Below are positions 36,799 through 50,381 of a stretch of 64,000 nucleotides of DNA, piece after piece. Every line of letters begins with the position of its first letter. Position 1 is the stretch's first letter. The notes beneath the pieces were generated by a model that did not search any database, was not told where the DNA came from, and saw nothing but the letters and a program-made list of their open reading frames with translations. Source of the stretch: Mustelus asterias (Eukaryota); contig NC_135805.1 of assembly GCF_964213995.1 (NCBI RefSeq), positions 96,162,001 through 96,226,000 of the forward strand. The letters are read 5' to 3'. The position numbers and the translations under genes were made by a program.

Positions 36799-38979
36799 AT
36801 GATCTCATTTAAAAATAGAAAAGGCTCAAGGGGTTGAATATCCTACCCTGTTCCTATGTTCCTCAGCCACATTAGAGTCAAAATTAGAGGTTTGAGAGTC
36901 AGTAAAAGGAAGCCTTTATAGTGATACCTGTTTCTTGTCCATTCATAGTAATACAGTTTGATTAAACCATGGAATGGGGTCAGTGTGATTTAAAAGGTTT
37001 CCAAAACAATTCGCAATGGCAACATAAATGTGACGATAATTTGTATTTGGCCTTGTTCAACCAATGTTTTTGCTTAGATGAATGCCTCAGTGACTCATGA
37101 ATCCTTTGACTGCTTACCACTGCAGCGAGCAATTCTCTGGCTCCCATCTACACTTGATGAGTTTTTAAATATACCTTTTGATCAGAGATTTAAGTTGGGA
37201 ATCTTTTTCTGTCACTGCTCTTGAGTATAAAGGACTTCTTACACCCAGTGAATAGAGGGAAACTGGATGGGGTGAATTACTGAACCGTAACAGAGCTCAG
37301 CCAATTTCTTGTCCATTCATTTAATGGCTGGAAGCTTTGGCAGGTCTCATTCTACACATGTTGCACTTCAAACCTGATTTTCTCCACTGTGCCATTTCAG
37401 CTGATCAATTCCATTCAAAGACAAGAATAATATCTCACTCCATGCTGTTTACTATAATTGCTGAAAGTATTGGTAACTATTTTGATTCTTTTTAACAATG
37501 TGTTTATTTTTAGCTTAGTATGGAGAATGGTCTGGTGGGAATAAAACATTCAGAAGCTAATTTAAAAACAGACAATTTTAGCTTTTAATTCTGCTTAATA
37601 TGATCGATTGGATGGCCTATTTAAATACATCTGATTGCATAGTTAATTCTTTTGAGAATAATTGTTTGTGTGTTACAGGATTTATATCTCCCAAGTAACT
37701 AAATTCTGAAATGTTTTTGCCCTTGATTCTCTGAAGTTCAATGCAGTCAGCCAATTTTCTTGAGGGTTCTTCGAGCCTCCTGCCATAACCTTGCCAAGAG
37801 GTCATTGGTGCCCCTGAACAATTGATGTAAATTATAAGTCCGGCCACTTTTGCCTTTCTTTCCTCTATTTTCCATTCTGAAGGAGAAAATCTCAAATGTT
37901 CTGTTTAACCTTTTGGGCATTGCATGCAATGAGTATTAAAGCAGACAAGGCCATCCACACTCTCCTAATATTACAGCAAAGCTGCACAGGAGTAGAATTC
38001 TGCACTTGTGCATATCTCTTCTATGGCAGAAAGAGAAAGAGGCACAGTCAGATGTAGACATGAGGCAATTTAAATCTGCTAATTGTATTTCACATTTTAC
38101 AATATTAATCCCAAACCAGCATTCTGGCATAATTCAGCATCTATCATGTAGGGGGAGGATTTCCTCGACGTAATGTGTAACAAAATTACCAACCTGTTTA
38201 TGGTTCTCTTAAACATAGCACACAAAGGAAATCATCGTCTGTTACTTTGCCATTTAAACCAGGAGGGTGCTGTTATCTGTTTCAACGATTATGTGATGTC
38301 ATGAAACTCTTTGTGGGTAGGTTGTGTGAACAGATGGGTTGATGGGTTTTTAAATATACCTTTCGATCGGTTCATTTTGAGTCAGCTATCAGAATAATTC
38401 TCGGAGGTGACTCATCTGCCAATAGGAAGAGCTTTCTGTAGGTGAGGGTCGGTTACAACTGATTCATTCGTGGAAATATCCATGATCATTTTAGTTGATT
38501 CCCAGGACATTTGATACAACTACATGGCTCGTTAGGCTACTTCAGAAGGCAGTTAAATGTTACAGTGGGACTGGAGGCCAATCTGCTTTAGAGTAGTCAG
38601 TTTCCTTCCCCTAGGTACATCAGTGAAGCAGTTGGGTTTTTACAACCTCTAAGTCACTGCTCTGTCTTCTGCTTCCCATAAGTTCAAAATAATTATACAT
38701 TTAGCCTCAAGATGCTAGACGTCCATTGAATATATTTCATACAATTCACTGTGTAGCTTGGTAGCTGACTGTAGTGCAGCAGTAAATATCATTCCCATAA
38801 CTATCAGTTCCTATTTCTTTGCAAATAATGTCACATTATAACACCCCTCTTCCTTTTAAAAATAATGCCTCCATATCAATAAAGCTGTTACAATAAGTTA
38901 TATCTAACGAAAGAAGATTAAAGAGTGACTTTTATCTAAAACTGAACACTTTTAGTGCATTTTCTTTTATTCAAAGTAT

Positions 38980-39220
38980 CATATAGGTGGTAAAATTTTG
39001 TGTCTTGTCTTCAGAGACTGCAGTCGGTCTTTAACCTGGCCGTACTTCTCCTCAAGCTCTGCAATATGATTCTGGAGTGTGTATCTCTTCCATCTACTCT
39101 ATGTGCCAACAGCTTCCTAATGTGCTCACTCTGCTCTGCATTCCATATTTCCTCTTTTAAACTGTCCAGCATTTCTCACAGATTGTTATTGGTCTCCAGT
39201 AAATAATTCTCTGACGGTGA
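38980..39220 (-). pseudogene. Decayed coiled-coil coding remnant of unknown identity
   Basis: ENYLLETNNNL*EMLDSLKEEIWNAEQSEHIRKLL / TLQNHIAELEEKYGQVKDRLQSLKTRHKILPPI* across frameshifts; AATAAA just after the stop. Confidence 0.35.
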
Positions 39221-39837
39221 TTTGAGCCAGATTTTCGCCATCGAGTCAGGTAGCTCCAGTTGGGAAATTTCCTGACATGACGCATCTGCCTTGGACAAAG
39301 GTGTCCCTAAAGGCATGATTTTTGTTCAGGAGGGTTAGGTATTAGGTGTGGAATGGAGTTGGGCTTGTTGCCCTCGGATATGGATTGGAGGTTGGCACAG
39401 GGGCTGCGGAGTAATGATGCAGACTGTTTAAAAGGCCTGCCATTGTTCCCTGGGACTTTGTTCCAATGTTTTATTAAATATTTTGTCTTCTAGCCATCAC
39501 CTCACACACTCCATCAACAATCACCCACTCCCTATTCCTCATCCATGCCAATTTATGCCAACATCTGTCTCCCACGCTCTCATGAAACTGCATAGCCTGT
39601 ATGCCAACTCCTAAACCAAGCCTTCTGACCAACACTCTTTTCCATTACAATCTTCATGCCAACTCACCCAGTGTCCACCATAGGCAGACTTTAGGGGCTA
39701 TGCTGAGAGGAAATAAAATGTAGTTCCATCTTTTACAGATTTCTTCATATAAATAGGCCGATATTTTATGACCTCACTCGGGCGGGCGAGGTGGTAAAAT
39801 TTTGGCCATCAAGTTCTATTCATGGAAGCCCACTCAA

Positions 39838-40800
39838 TGGGCTGAATTCTTCCACTTTCAGGTTAAGTGTCCCCGCTGGCAGGTAAACAGGAGTGTTTCG
39901 CTGGCAGCGCCTGTCGGGTGGGATTCACCCACCTGAAAGATGCTAATGAGCTCATTTTGGGGAACCTGCCAGCCAGCCCTGCTGTTTGGAGATCAGGGCG
40001 CTGTTCAGATCAGGGAGACAGGCCCCCTCCCCCCAAAAAATGAAATGCTGTCCTCCTCCCCCACTGATCAGGGGAGCACCACCAACCTCTCACCAAAGCG
40101 CTGACGTTTGGAACTGACAGAGATCAAAGCTTTCCAGTGACAGACAGTTTCAAATGTTTCAAAGGTTTCAACTTGCTCGGAAGCCTCAGAAACTTTAAAT
40201 CAAAGTTGTATGCATACATTGGAGCTGAGTGCACAGCTGTGCATAATGGAACACCCCCCACCCCTCCCCCCCTCCCCCACCCCCCCTTCCCCCCCCAACA
40301 CCCCCCACATCCCCCTCCCAAGTGAAATTGACATCTCCTCTCTGTCAGAGGACTTCAAAGGGGTCTGCGCACACCTGCAGCTTCTGACAGGGAGAAAGGA
40401 AAATCTATATTGCAGAATGGCATGTGCAGTGATTTAAAAGCTTGTAGATGACCAGGGGGCATGGAGATTAAAGTGACCTGGCCACTTCAGAATTTGCACA
40501 GCTAACAGGCAGGAATGCAGATGTTCATCACAGAACTGCCTGAAATCACCACTTCATGAAATCACCACATCTCCACATCATGAAATCACCATGCCAGGGG
40601 TGATTTTCAGGTCTCTCAGGGCAAGAAGAGGAGTCTAGCTATGAGATCCTCATCCAAGGGGAGAGTGGCGAGGTCAACAACTTGACTCCAGCCTGAGCCT
40701 ACCCAACTCACAGGAGCCTTGAGGGACCCTTCCTCTGTAACTTGGCGGTGGCAGAGGGGCAAATGGCCACTGGACTTAGCACCTTGGCCCCCGGGACATA
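39838..40800. mobile_element. GC-rich MITE-like element, inverted homologue of 10849-11340
   Basis: 40320-40615 matches the reverse complement of 10849-11320; starts GGGCTGAATTCTTCC. Confidence 0.55.
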
Positions 40801-41189
40801 GCACTTACTGCTATGCCAACAAATATCTATTGAAACTTATAGAATGCATTTTTTTACTCTCAGACAGATAGGCTGTTTTTGTTCAAAATTTGAACAAATG
40901 GGGATTTAAATAACTTGACAATTTGACAATTCTACACATCTTCTCTACCTTCATGAGCAATGATGTCTTTACCATAAAGTTGTGGAACCCACATCACGGG
41001 TTGAAGTCATTCCTGGAGTGAAAATCAGATCGGCTTGTCCCGTGCGCTGAGTTGAAATGGCTCAGCTGATTCATAATTCATACCTGTGTGCTTTACTCCC
41101 TGCCCCCTTTCTCCTGTTGGTTAAAATGGAATCTTCCAGAAAGGGGGAGATTTCCAGATCAGGGTCAGACCCGCTATTTTGAAAACCTG

Positions 41190-41445
41190 GCCAAGATACA
41201 AAAGCCTGAGGTCACATACCAACCGACTCAAGAACAGCTTCTTCCCTGCTGCCATCGAATTTTGAGTTACATTAAGTTGATCTTTCTCTGAACTCCAGCT
41301 GTGACTGTAACACTACGTTCTGCACCCTCTCCTTACCTTCTCCCCTATGTATTCTATGAATGGTACCTTTTGCCTTTATAGCGCACAAGAAACAATATGT
41401 TTCACTGTATCCCAATGCATGTGCCAATAATAAGTCAAATCAAAA
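41190..41445 (+). mobile_element. Rex1/Babar 3' end
   Basis: TNRLKNSFFPAAI; homologous to 31726-32029. Confidence 0.8.
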
Positions 41446-42423
41446 AGCTACATTCACAGCTCACTAATTTTCTGTCTGAACAGTCATTCTATGTTTTTTT
41501 CAGATTCTTTTATTTGTCAGTTTCTTTTCCATATTCTGCTTTTCAGTGTATAAGACACTTTAGTCTTTTCAGGTCAGCAACTTCATTCTCATATTCTAAT
41601 TTTTCATCTTTGAGTGCTGTACATTTCTGGTATTCTTTTTCTTTAACTGCCTGAACCTTCTGAACCACCTCTCTTTCCATTTGTGTCAAGAGCCCTTTGT
41701 GTTATTCAATATTGACCTTGAGAATTTCAATGACTGAATGCAGAGCCCATTCATTCACCGTTGCACATTATCTCTCCCAACAATGGAATTTAACCAATTT
41801 GTAGCTTGATGACTCTGGCAATTACTTTCTTGTTTCTGATTGGAGGGAACTTCTTGAAGTCTGTTCTACCCCCTTCACCTCAAGGTCTACTGCAGCTCTT
41901 CACAACTGCTCAACCCCAGAATAGCAGGATCATCTGTTTCAGTGACATGGAACACGCAGCTAACATCTTTACCTTGTGTATCTCTCAGACTCGGGTTGTT
42001 CCCAAATGTACAATCTCATTGCCTGGCACGTAACTAACATTCACACCTCACAAATGCCAGACAATGACCATCTCCAACAAAAGAGAATCTAACCATCTCC
42101 CCTAGACATTCAATGGCATCACCATCACTGAATTCCCCACTATTAACATCCTGGGGATTAGCACTGACCAGAAACTGAATTGGACTAGCCTTATAAAGAA
42201 TGTGGCTACAAGAGCAAGTCAGAGCTCAGTAATCCTGTGGTGAGCAACTCACTTCTTGAATCTCTAAAACCTGACCATTATCTACAAGGCATAAGTCAGG
42301 AGTGTGATGGAATACTCTCCACTTGCCTGGATGAGTGCAGCTCCATCAAAACTTAAGAAGCTCAGCACATTCTAGGATAAAGCAGTCCACTTGATTGGCA
42401 TTCCTTCCACAAACATTCACTTT

Positions 42424-42712
42424 GGGATGGCACGGTGGCACAGTGATTAGCACTGCTGCCTCACAACACCAGGGACCGGGTTCGATTCCTAGCTTGGGTC
42501 ACTGCGTGGAGTTTGCATGTTCTCCCCATGTCTGCTTGGGTTTCCTCCGGGTGCTCCGGTTTCCTCCCACACGCTGAAAGATGTACTGGTTAGGTTCATT
42601 GACCTAAACAGGTGCCGGAGTGTGGCGACTAGGGGAATTTCACAGTAATTTCATTGCAGTGTTAATGTAAGCCTTGCTTGTGACTAATAAATAAACTTAA
42701 AAAACTTTACTT
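42424..42712 (+). mobile_element. V-SINE with the alternative tail
   Basis: Same structure as 1165-1437. Confidence 0.85.
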
Positions 42713-42750
42713 TACCTCCATCACTGACATACAGTGATAGCAATATATAC

Positions 42751-43226
42751 CAAAATGATGGGCAACCTAGCCTAGTGAGTGGTCCTCCTTCATCTCACTG
42801 GGCCACAAAATTTAAATCAGGCTTGTTCACTAACTATGACCCCATGAATAAATTAAATTCATTGCATACATGTTGTATATTTCATAATGGGTTATAGAAA
42901 ATGCTTCATCATTTATATATCAATCGAATTATCATCAACTTCAAATGACAAAAACAAAAGAAATGTTTACATTTTGAATGCAAGGGGAGCCCATGGCTCT
43001 CACAGTCAATGCCGTGAGCAATCAGCATGAACCTCACTTCACATGCCCCTGCTTTATATCTGTATCACTTCAGCCATATCGGTAACAAAAAATCTACGCT
43101 GATGGAAATCAGCAGAATGTGGCAATCGTGCGTATACGGGCAACAGTCAACAAAATGTCTTGTGGGCTCCACCCAGAACCCAGATGAGTTGCATTTGGTC
43201 CTGGGCCGCAGTTTGCTCAACCCTGC
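42751..43226. mobile_element. hAT-like non-autonomous DNA transposon
   Basis: Imperfect TIRs CA..TGATGGGCAACCT / AGTTTGCTCAACCCTG interrupting collinear LINE sequence; TSD decayed. Confidence 0.5.
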
Positions 43227-44023
43227 TGTACCACCTACAAGATGCACTGCAGAAAGTCAACAAACCCCCTTTGGGAAGCACCTTCCAAACCCACAGCCAC
43301 TTTCAGCTAGAAGGACATGGTCAGCAGATACTTGAGAGCACTACCCCCTGGAAGTTCTCCACCAAACCACACATCGCCCTGACTTCGAAACATGTCACCG
43401 TTCTTTCAGTGTCGCTGTGTCAAAATCCTGAAACTCCCTCCCGAACAGCACTGCAGGGCCACCTCAGGGACTGCAATGGTTCAAGAAGGCGGCTCACAAC
43501 CACCTTCTCAAGGGCAACTAGGGATGGACAATAAATAAATGCTGGTCTAGTCAGTGACGCCCACATCATGTAAATGGATTTGTAAAAAATATTGGAGTTT
43601 TTGAGTGATAAAAATTATATATCATATATTTGAAAAGTTTTAGCAATATCAACCACTCTGAAAAAAATATAGTACTTATCAATTGTATTGTATATTTCAC
43701 GGCATCAGGGTGTTGAGGAGCACGTTACAATTAATGCTGTACTTTTGAAGTGCAGTTGCTGCTTTCCTGTCAATGTTTTCAATTATAAATGTCTGCCCTG
43801 TATTCTAATAGAAACTAAATATCAAAACCTGTAATGTTGTAATCATGCCTGTGGAATGGATATTGACGGGAGAGTGTAATTACAGCATGAGAAGTTTATA
43901 GAGACAGTTTCTGCTATACACGTGGATATGCAACCATGGAAATAAGGGAAAATTGCATCATTTTAAATCAAATTATTCCTCCTCTAACTGTAACTGACCT
44001 GAAAACTACCCGATGTTGACGCT

Positions 44024-45516
44024 GGGCCCGATTTTACCATTGCGTCACGCCCAAAAATGGGTGGGAAAACACGGTAAAGTCGGGCGTGAGGCCATTAATA
44101 TGATCTGCGCCCGCGTCCGCGCAGATGCCCACTTTACCAAGGCCTGAAAATGGCCGCGATTTGCATGCATTTAAATTGAATTAATGAACTGCCCACCCAA
44201 CTTTATCAGCATTTCCCCCTTTACCATCGTGTTCGCGTGTCCAGATTTGGCACGAAACAAACCTGCTCGGCAAAGGTCTGTTTCGGACACTCCAGCTGCT
44301 GAAGAGGTAAGTTCAGCGCTTCCAACGGCTCTCTGACTCAAATTGGTGGTGGAGGGAGGGAGAGAGCTGGGGCAGATCATTCTTTGGTGGGGGGACGGGG
44401 AGAAGAGAGGCCCGATCATTTTTTGGTGGTGGGGGGAAGAGGAGGCGAGTCAGATGTATCTCTGGTGGGGGGAGGAGGGAGGCCCGATCATTTTCTGGTG
44501 GGAGGGGGAAGAGGAGGTGGGTCAGATGTATCTCTGGTGGAGAGGGGGGAGGGAGGAGGGAGGCCCGATCATTGACTGGTGCGGGGGAGAGGGAGGAAGG
44601 AGGACAGATTTTTCTCTAGTGGGAGGAGCGGGGCGGAGAGAGACCAGATCGTTGTCTGCTGGGGGTGGGAAAGGCTTGAACTTTCTCTTGCGGGGGGGGG
44701 GTAGGTGTGTGGGGGGGAGCCCGATCATTCTCTGGTTGGGGGTGGAGTTAATTCTATCACATTTCTAATTCTGATCATTCCTGTTATAAATGCTACTTAG
44801 ATTATATTTCACTTGCCATGAGTATTGTTTTTTTCCCCCTACACCAGCAAGTTCAGAAGAAGTAGAAATTATCTTATTACCATTTCCCAAATTATCTTCT
44901 AAACTTGGAAATGCAGCTCTTAGAACTTACTGCAAGTTGGCTGATTTGTAAGTACAGGCAGCAGAGAGAAGGGATTCCACAGCTAAAATATTGCACGTGC
45001 ACTTAATTAATGAAACTGTCAAAGTACTTGGCTGTGAGTATGTGAAATATACCAGGAGAGAGGCCAGATGGATCTCTGGTGGGGGCTGGGGCAGGGGGGC
45101 AGGGGCAGGCAGGTCCACTGCCACTCTGTGGGTGATCAGTGGGAGGGAAAGGGGGCAGAGGGCTGCGATTGGTCTGGGTAGCGGGGGGGGGGCGGGGTGG
45201 ATGGATAAGGGGGAAAATTGTAGGGGTGGGGGTGATGTCTGCGGGAACCATCACTCCCGGGCCACTTTGTCCGCTTTTTGCGGCCTGGGAGCGATGTGAT
45301 AGCGGTGCAATTTTCAAATTTTTTTCCTCACTGTACATACGCAGTTCAGAGCTCTGATTGTTTCGGGCGCGCTAAGCCCCGCCCACAGCGCAATTCAGAC
45401 TCGCTATTTTGTTTTCAGGCTGAGTGCGTATGGGGGCACCTGAAAGCAGATTTCCAAGTCGGATCTGAATTGCGCCCAGATTCAGCACTTAGAATGAAAA
45501 TGGTAAAATCGGGCCC
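44024..45516. mobile_element. PIF/Harbinger MITE with an AT-rich internal segment
   Basis: Perfect TIRs GGGCCCGATTTTACCATT / AATGGTAAAATCGGGCCC; flanks GCT/TCT; internal G-rich tandem repeats at 44345-44740. Confidence 0.75.
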
Positions 45517-45648
45517 TCTGTCGACAAATCTATGGGAAATCAGTTGGTTCACTTAAGTTCTGATGAATTGATCTAATTCTATATTTTTCTTGTAAATATC
45601 AACAGCATTAATGTCTCATTCCTTTCAGTTCTATATTCAATTCTTGTA

Positions 45649-46319
45649 ATAAGAACATAAGAACATAAGAAATAGGAGCAGGAGTAGGCCATCTAGCCCC
45701 TCGAGCCTGCCCCGCCATTCAATAAGATCATGGCTGATCTGAAGTGGATCAGTTCCACTTACCCGCCTGATCCCCATAACCCCTAATTCCCTTACCGATC
45801 AGGAATCCATCTATCCGTGATTTAAACATATTCAACGAGGTAGCCTCCACCACTTCAGTGGGCAGAGAATTCCAGAGATTCACCACCCTCTGAGAGAAGA
45901 AGTTCCTCCTCAACTCTGTCCTAAACTGACCCCCCTTTATTTTGAGGCTGTGCCCTCTAGTTCTAGTTTCCTTTCTAAGTGGAAAGAATCTCTCCACCTC
46001 TATCCTATCCAGCCCCTTCATTACCTTATAGGTCTCTATAAGATCCCCCCTCAGCCTTCTAAATTCCAACGAGTACAAACCCAATCTGGTCAGTCTCTCC
46101 TCATAATCAACACCCCTCATCTCTGGTATCAACCTGGTGAACCTTCTCTGCACTCCCTCCAAGGCCAATATATCCTTCCGCAAATAAGGGGACCAATACT
46201 GCACACAGTATTCCAGCTGCGGCCTCACCAATGCCCTGTACAGATGCAGCAAGACATCTCTGCTTTTATATTCTATCCCCCTTGCGATATAGACCAACAT
46301 CCCATTTGCCTTCTTGATC
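45649..46319 (-). mobile_element. CR1 3' fragment, sister subfamily of 8422-9604
   Basis: 183 aa open frame; same 3' UTR and (CATAAGAA)n tail. Confidence 0.95.
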
Positions 46320-47043
46320 TTAATAGATTCCAGTGCTCGTTTTAACCTGATTGCCAGGGACTAACAGTGTGATATCTTTCTGCCTATCAAATAAATGAGT
46401 AGGACATGGTGGACATCCTGCCTTAATTCCTGTAGTATTATACAATGCTGAGGCACACTACGTAGTTTGCACAATTTCACAAGTTTTGGTTCAGAGGTGA
46501 TATAACACTGCCTGCAGAAGCTGTTTTGATTCAGTGAGCCTGATGATAGGTTGTGAGGAGATGGCTTGAACTGTAACATCGACTTTTATGCATGGAATGC
46601 ATTATCTCTCCCAAAATACCGATCAAGCAGCAGCATATCAGCATTTTAGCATAAGATCACTGTCCCCAACCAGCAACAGGATGACATGGAGAGAAGAGAA
46701 AGATACTTAACATTAAAAGTACCGAGCCTCCGATGGTAATGTTCTCCTTCAAAACATTCATCCTGAAATTTACAATAATGGCCCTATTCATAGGTTCAGT
46801 TGGTGTAATCAGGGAAGCTACTATGAGCTCCTTTTAGATTGTGAAGTAATCAAGTGCATTATTCATGATCCTATTCGCAGAGGCATTTTGTGAAAATACT
46901 GAAAAGGGTTTGCTACTAAATTAAGACTCGCTGGGGCGATTAACCTAAAAGTAAATGGTTTCTCTTGTGGTAATTTTGCATGTTATATAAGGATTAGTAT
47001 TTTAGTATGAGATTAAATTCTTGTATTAAATAATTATAAGATT

Positions 47044-48990
47044 GTGGCATATCCCCCTCTCTACCATTACCATCAAGTGGGGGATCGGCCCTGGTTCAAT
47101 GAACAGTGCACGAGGGCATGGCAGGAGCAGCACCAGGTATACCTAAAAATGAAATGTCGCCTGGTGAAGCTACAACACAGGACTACTTGCATGCCAAACA
47201 GCACAAGTAGCATGCAACAGACAGAGCTAAGTGATCCCATGACAACCGGATCAGATCAAAGTTCTGCTCTCTTACCCAATTCAGTCATGAATGGTGGTGG
47301 GCAATTAAACAACTCACTGGAGACTCCACAAATATCTCCATCCTCAATGTTGGTGGAGTGCAGTGCGAAAGACAAGGCTGAAGTATTTGCAACCAGCTTC
47401 AGCCAGATGTGCAGAGTGGATGATCTATCTTGACCTCCTGTTGAGGAGTCCAGCATCACAGATGCCAATTTGATACACTCCATGTGATAGCAAGAAATGT
47501 CTGAAGGCACTGGATCTGCAAAGGCTTTGGGCCCTGATAGCATTTTCACAATAGAAGACTTGCATTCCAGAAACAGCCATGCCCCTAGTCAAGCTGTTCC
47601 AGTACAACTACAATGCTAGTATGTATCAGGCAATGTGGAAACCTGACTGGGTATGCCCTGTCCACAAAAAATGCAACAAATCAAATCCAGCCAATGATTG
47701 TCCCATCAATCTACACTCGATCATCAGCAAAGAAATGGAAGGGGTCAATGACAGTGCTATCAAGTGACACTCAGCAAAAACCTGCTCAATGATGCTCAGT
47801 TTGAGTTCTACCAGGGCCATTCAACTCCTGATCTCATTGGTCCAAACATGGACAAAACAGCTGAACGCAAGAGGTGAGATTGCCCTTGACAACATTTGGT
47901 TGTGTGTGGATCAAGGAGCCCTCGCAAAGCTGGAGTCAGTGGGAATCAGAGGGGAAATAACTGCTGGTTGGAGTCAGATTGAGCATAAATGAGGATGATT
48001 GTGTTTATTGGAGGTGAATCATCTCAATCCCAGGAGTCTCTCAAGGGAGTGTTCTGGGCACAAACACCTTCAGCTCTTCATCGATGACCTTCCCTCCATT
48101 ATAAATCAGAAGTGGGGATGTTCACTGATGATTGCACAATGTTCATCATCAGTCATGATTCGGATACTGAAGCAGACTGTTGCCATATTGGGCAAGACCT
48201 GGACATTATCAAAACTTGGGCTGATAAATGGCAATTAAAACTCATGCCACACAAGTGTCAGGCAATGACCATCTCCAAGGGACAATCTAACCATCACCCC
48301 TTGACATTCAGTAGTCCCTCTATCAGCCTCCTGGATGTTACCATTGACCAGAAACTTAATTGTTTCTACAAAAGCAGGTCAGATGCTGGGAATTCTGCAG
48401 CAATTAACTAACCTCTTGCTCCCCCCACCCTCCCCTTCCTCCCACAAGCCTTTCCACAATCTACAAGGTTCAAGTCAGGAGAGTGATCGCATATTCTCCA
48501 TTTGCCTGGATGAGTGCATCTCCAGCAACACTCAAGAAGCCTGACACTGTCCAGGACAAAGCAGCCCACTTGATTAGCACCTCATACACCGTCTTAAACA
48601 CTTACTCCTCCCATCACCGACCCACAGTGGCAGCAGTGTGTATCACCTTCAAGATGGACTGCATCAACTCACCAAGACTTCTTCAATAGCACCTTCCAAA
48701 TTTGCGACCTCAACCACCTCAAAGGAAAAGGGTAGCAGATATAACATCAGCAGCTGCAGGTTACCCCCCAAGTCGCACATCATTCTTACTTGGAACTACA
48801 TTGGCGTTCCTTCAGTGTCGCTGAGTTAAAATGCTGGAATTCCCTTCCTAACAGCACTATGAGTATATCTACACAGCATGGTCAACAGCTGTTTGAGAAG
48901 GTGGCTCACCACCACCTTCTCAAGGATAATTAGGGATAATGAAGGGTTAGCCAGTGACACCCGTATCCTGTTAAAAAATAAAAAAAAGAA
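47044..48990 (+). mobile_element. Second CR1-group LINE, degenerate ORF2
   Basis: RPWFNEQC, KSNPANDCPINL, FTDDCTMF, WADKWQ motifs in shifting frames; A-rich end. Confidence 0.88.
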
Positions 48991-49169
48991 TCTGATTTAT
49001 ATTTTCATGGAAATTCCTTTCCTCCTTACCTTTGAAGAGATGCTTCCCTCTTGAAGTGTTCCATTGGAGCCAGTATTACTGGACCTAACCATTATTCATG
49101 TGTACATCTTGACAGTAAGACCTGGATTTTCTGTTGCTGGCCACGATCATGGCAAAAATCAATGTTTGT

Positions 49170-49295
49170 GCAAATTGGTTGCTATGTTTTCCTACAAAAA
49201 ACACTGATCACACTTCAAAAATAATTCATTGGCTATAAAGTTGTTCGTGACTTCCCAAAGATATAAAAGATAGTCTATAAATGTTAGTTCTTCAT
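49170..49295 (+). mobile_element. Ancient DeuSINE-like (SacSINE1/AmnSINE-type) 3' remnant
   Basis: AAATTGGTTGC..TTTCCTACA..CACTTCAAAA..TTCATTGGCT..TATAAATG; homologue on the minus strand at 52336-52610. Confidence 0.55.
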
Positions 49296-50381
49296 TGATT
49301 TTGCTCATTGTTCCTTGCTGTTTTGGCCAAAGAAACAGCTAATTGATCGCAGTCCTTATTATAGTTTTCCAAAGGCTTTCAGAATTGCTGTCACTTAATC
49401 TTGCCACTCCACTTTAATTGTTACTAATCATTTAAAAATATTAAACACCCATGTAATTATGCACTCTCACCACTGGTGTTCTCCCTACACCGACCTAAAT
49501 CTGTGTTTGAAATTATGGTAATTAGATGTAAATAGTACCTGTCGTTTAATTCTATCTAAAATTTGCCACTTCTCACTCAGGGCTCAACAGTAGCAAAAAA
49601 CCTAAGCTGTAATATCAACAGCCTATTGATTATGATGGGCAGTAAGAACTGAGCCTGATCCTGACATTACATCGAGTAATTCGAGTAAGGATCATTGTGC
49701 AGTGGTGAGACAGTGGAGATAATGGATAGTTTTCCCTCACCCCCTAAACCTAAAGCAAATTGTATTATCCCTGTCATTGCTGCAGTTACGGTCAGTGAAC
49801 TCAGCAGATACCAGAAATGTAACCCAAGCCATGAACAGGTTGTTGCTTACTGAACAATCTTCCTGAACTGTGAAGCAGTTCTCACCTGTCATTTCATAGA
49901 ACTCAGTCCACAGTAAAACACGTCTAATGAAGAGTAGGCTCAGCATGGGTCGCATTTTGGGAAATCATAGGGCAGCAGCTCAGGATTCTCCATCCAATAG
50001 TTTTAATCACATCACAGACAAATGGATAGCAATTATTAAAATTCTTAAAGAGAGATGGATCCCAAATGAAATCTTTAGCTCCTACACAATGATTTATGTC
50101 TACTTTATTTCCACTATAAGGATCTATATACCTTTATTCTATTTTTTTACTAACTTTCCTTCTGTAATTCTCTTATTGTACTCTCTGTTGATTTTCTTCT
50201 CAATGCTTCCCTGCGTCCACTCTACTTTTCCATAAATTCATTGTAAACACCCTTTCGTGCATATTGGGAGAATTTCAGCTTAGCTTCCTAAAGAATTATC
50301 CAGTAAGGTGGTTCGCATGGTCCTTCGTGAATCTGCATGATTTTCATTCCTTTCCTCAGGTTGTCAGATTACCGCCTAGAT

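Larger units (their letters stand above)
41990..43590 (+). mobile_element. Second CR1-group LINE 3' end with nested SINE and DNA transposon
   Basis: Homologous to 32910-33950 and 48200-48990. Confidence 0.82.
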
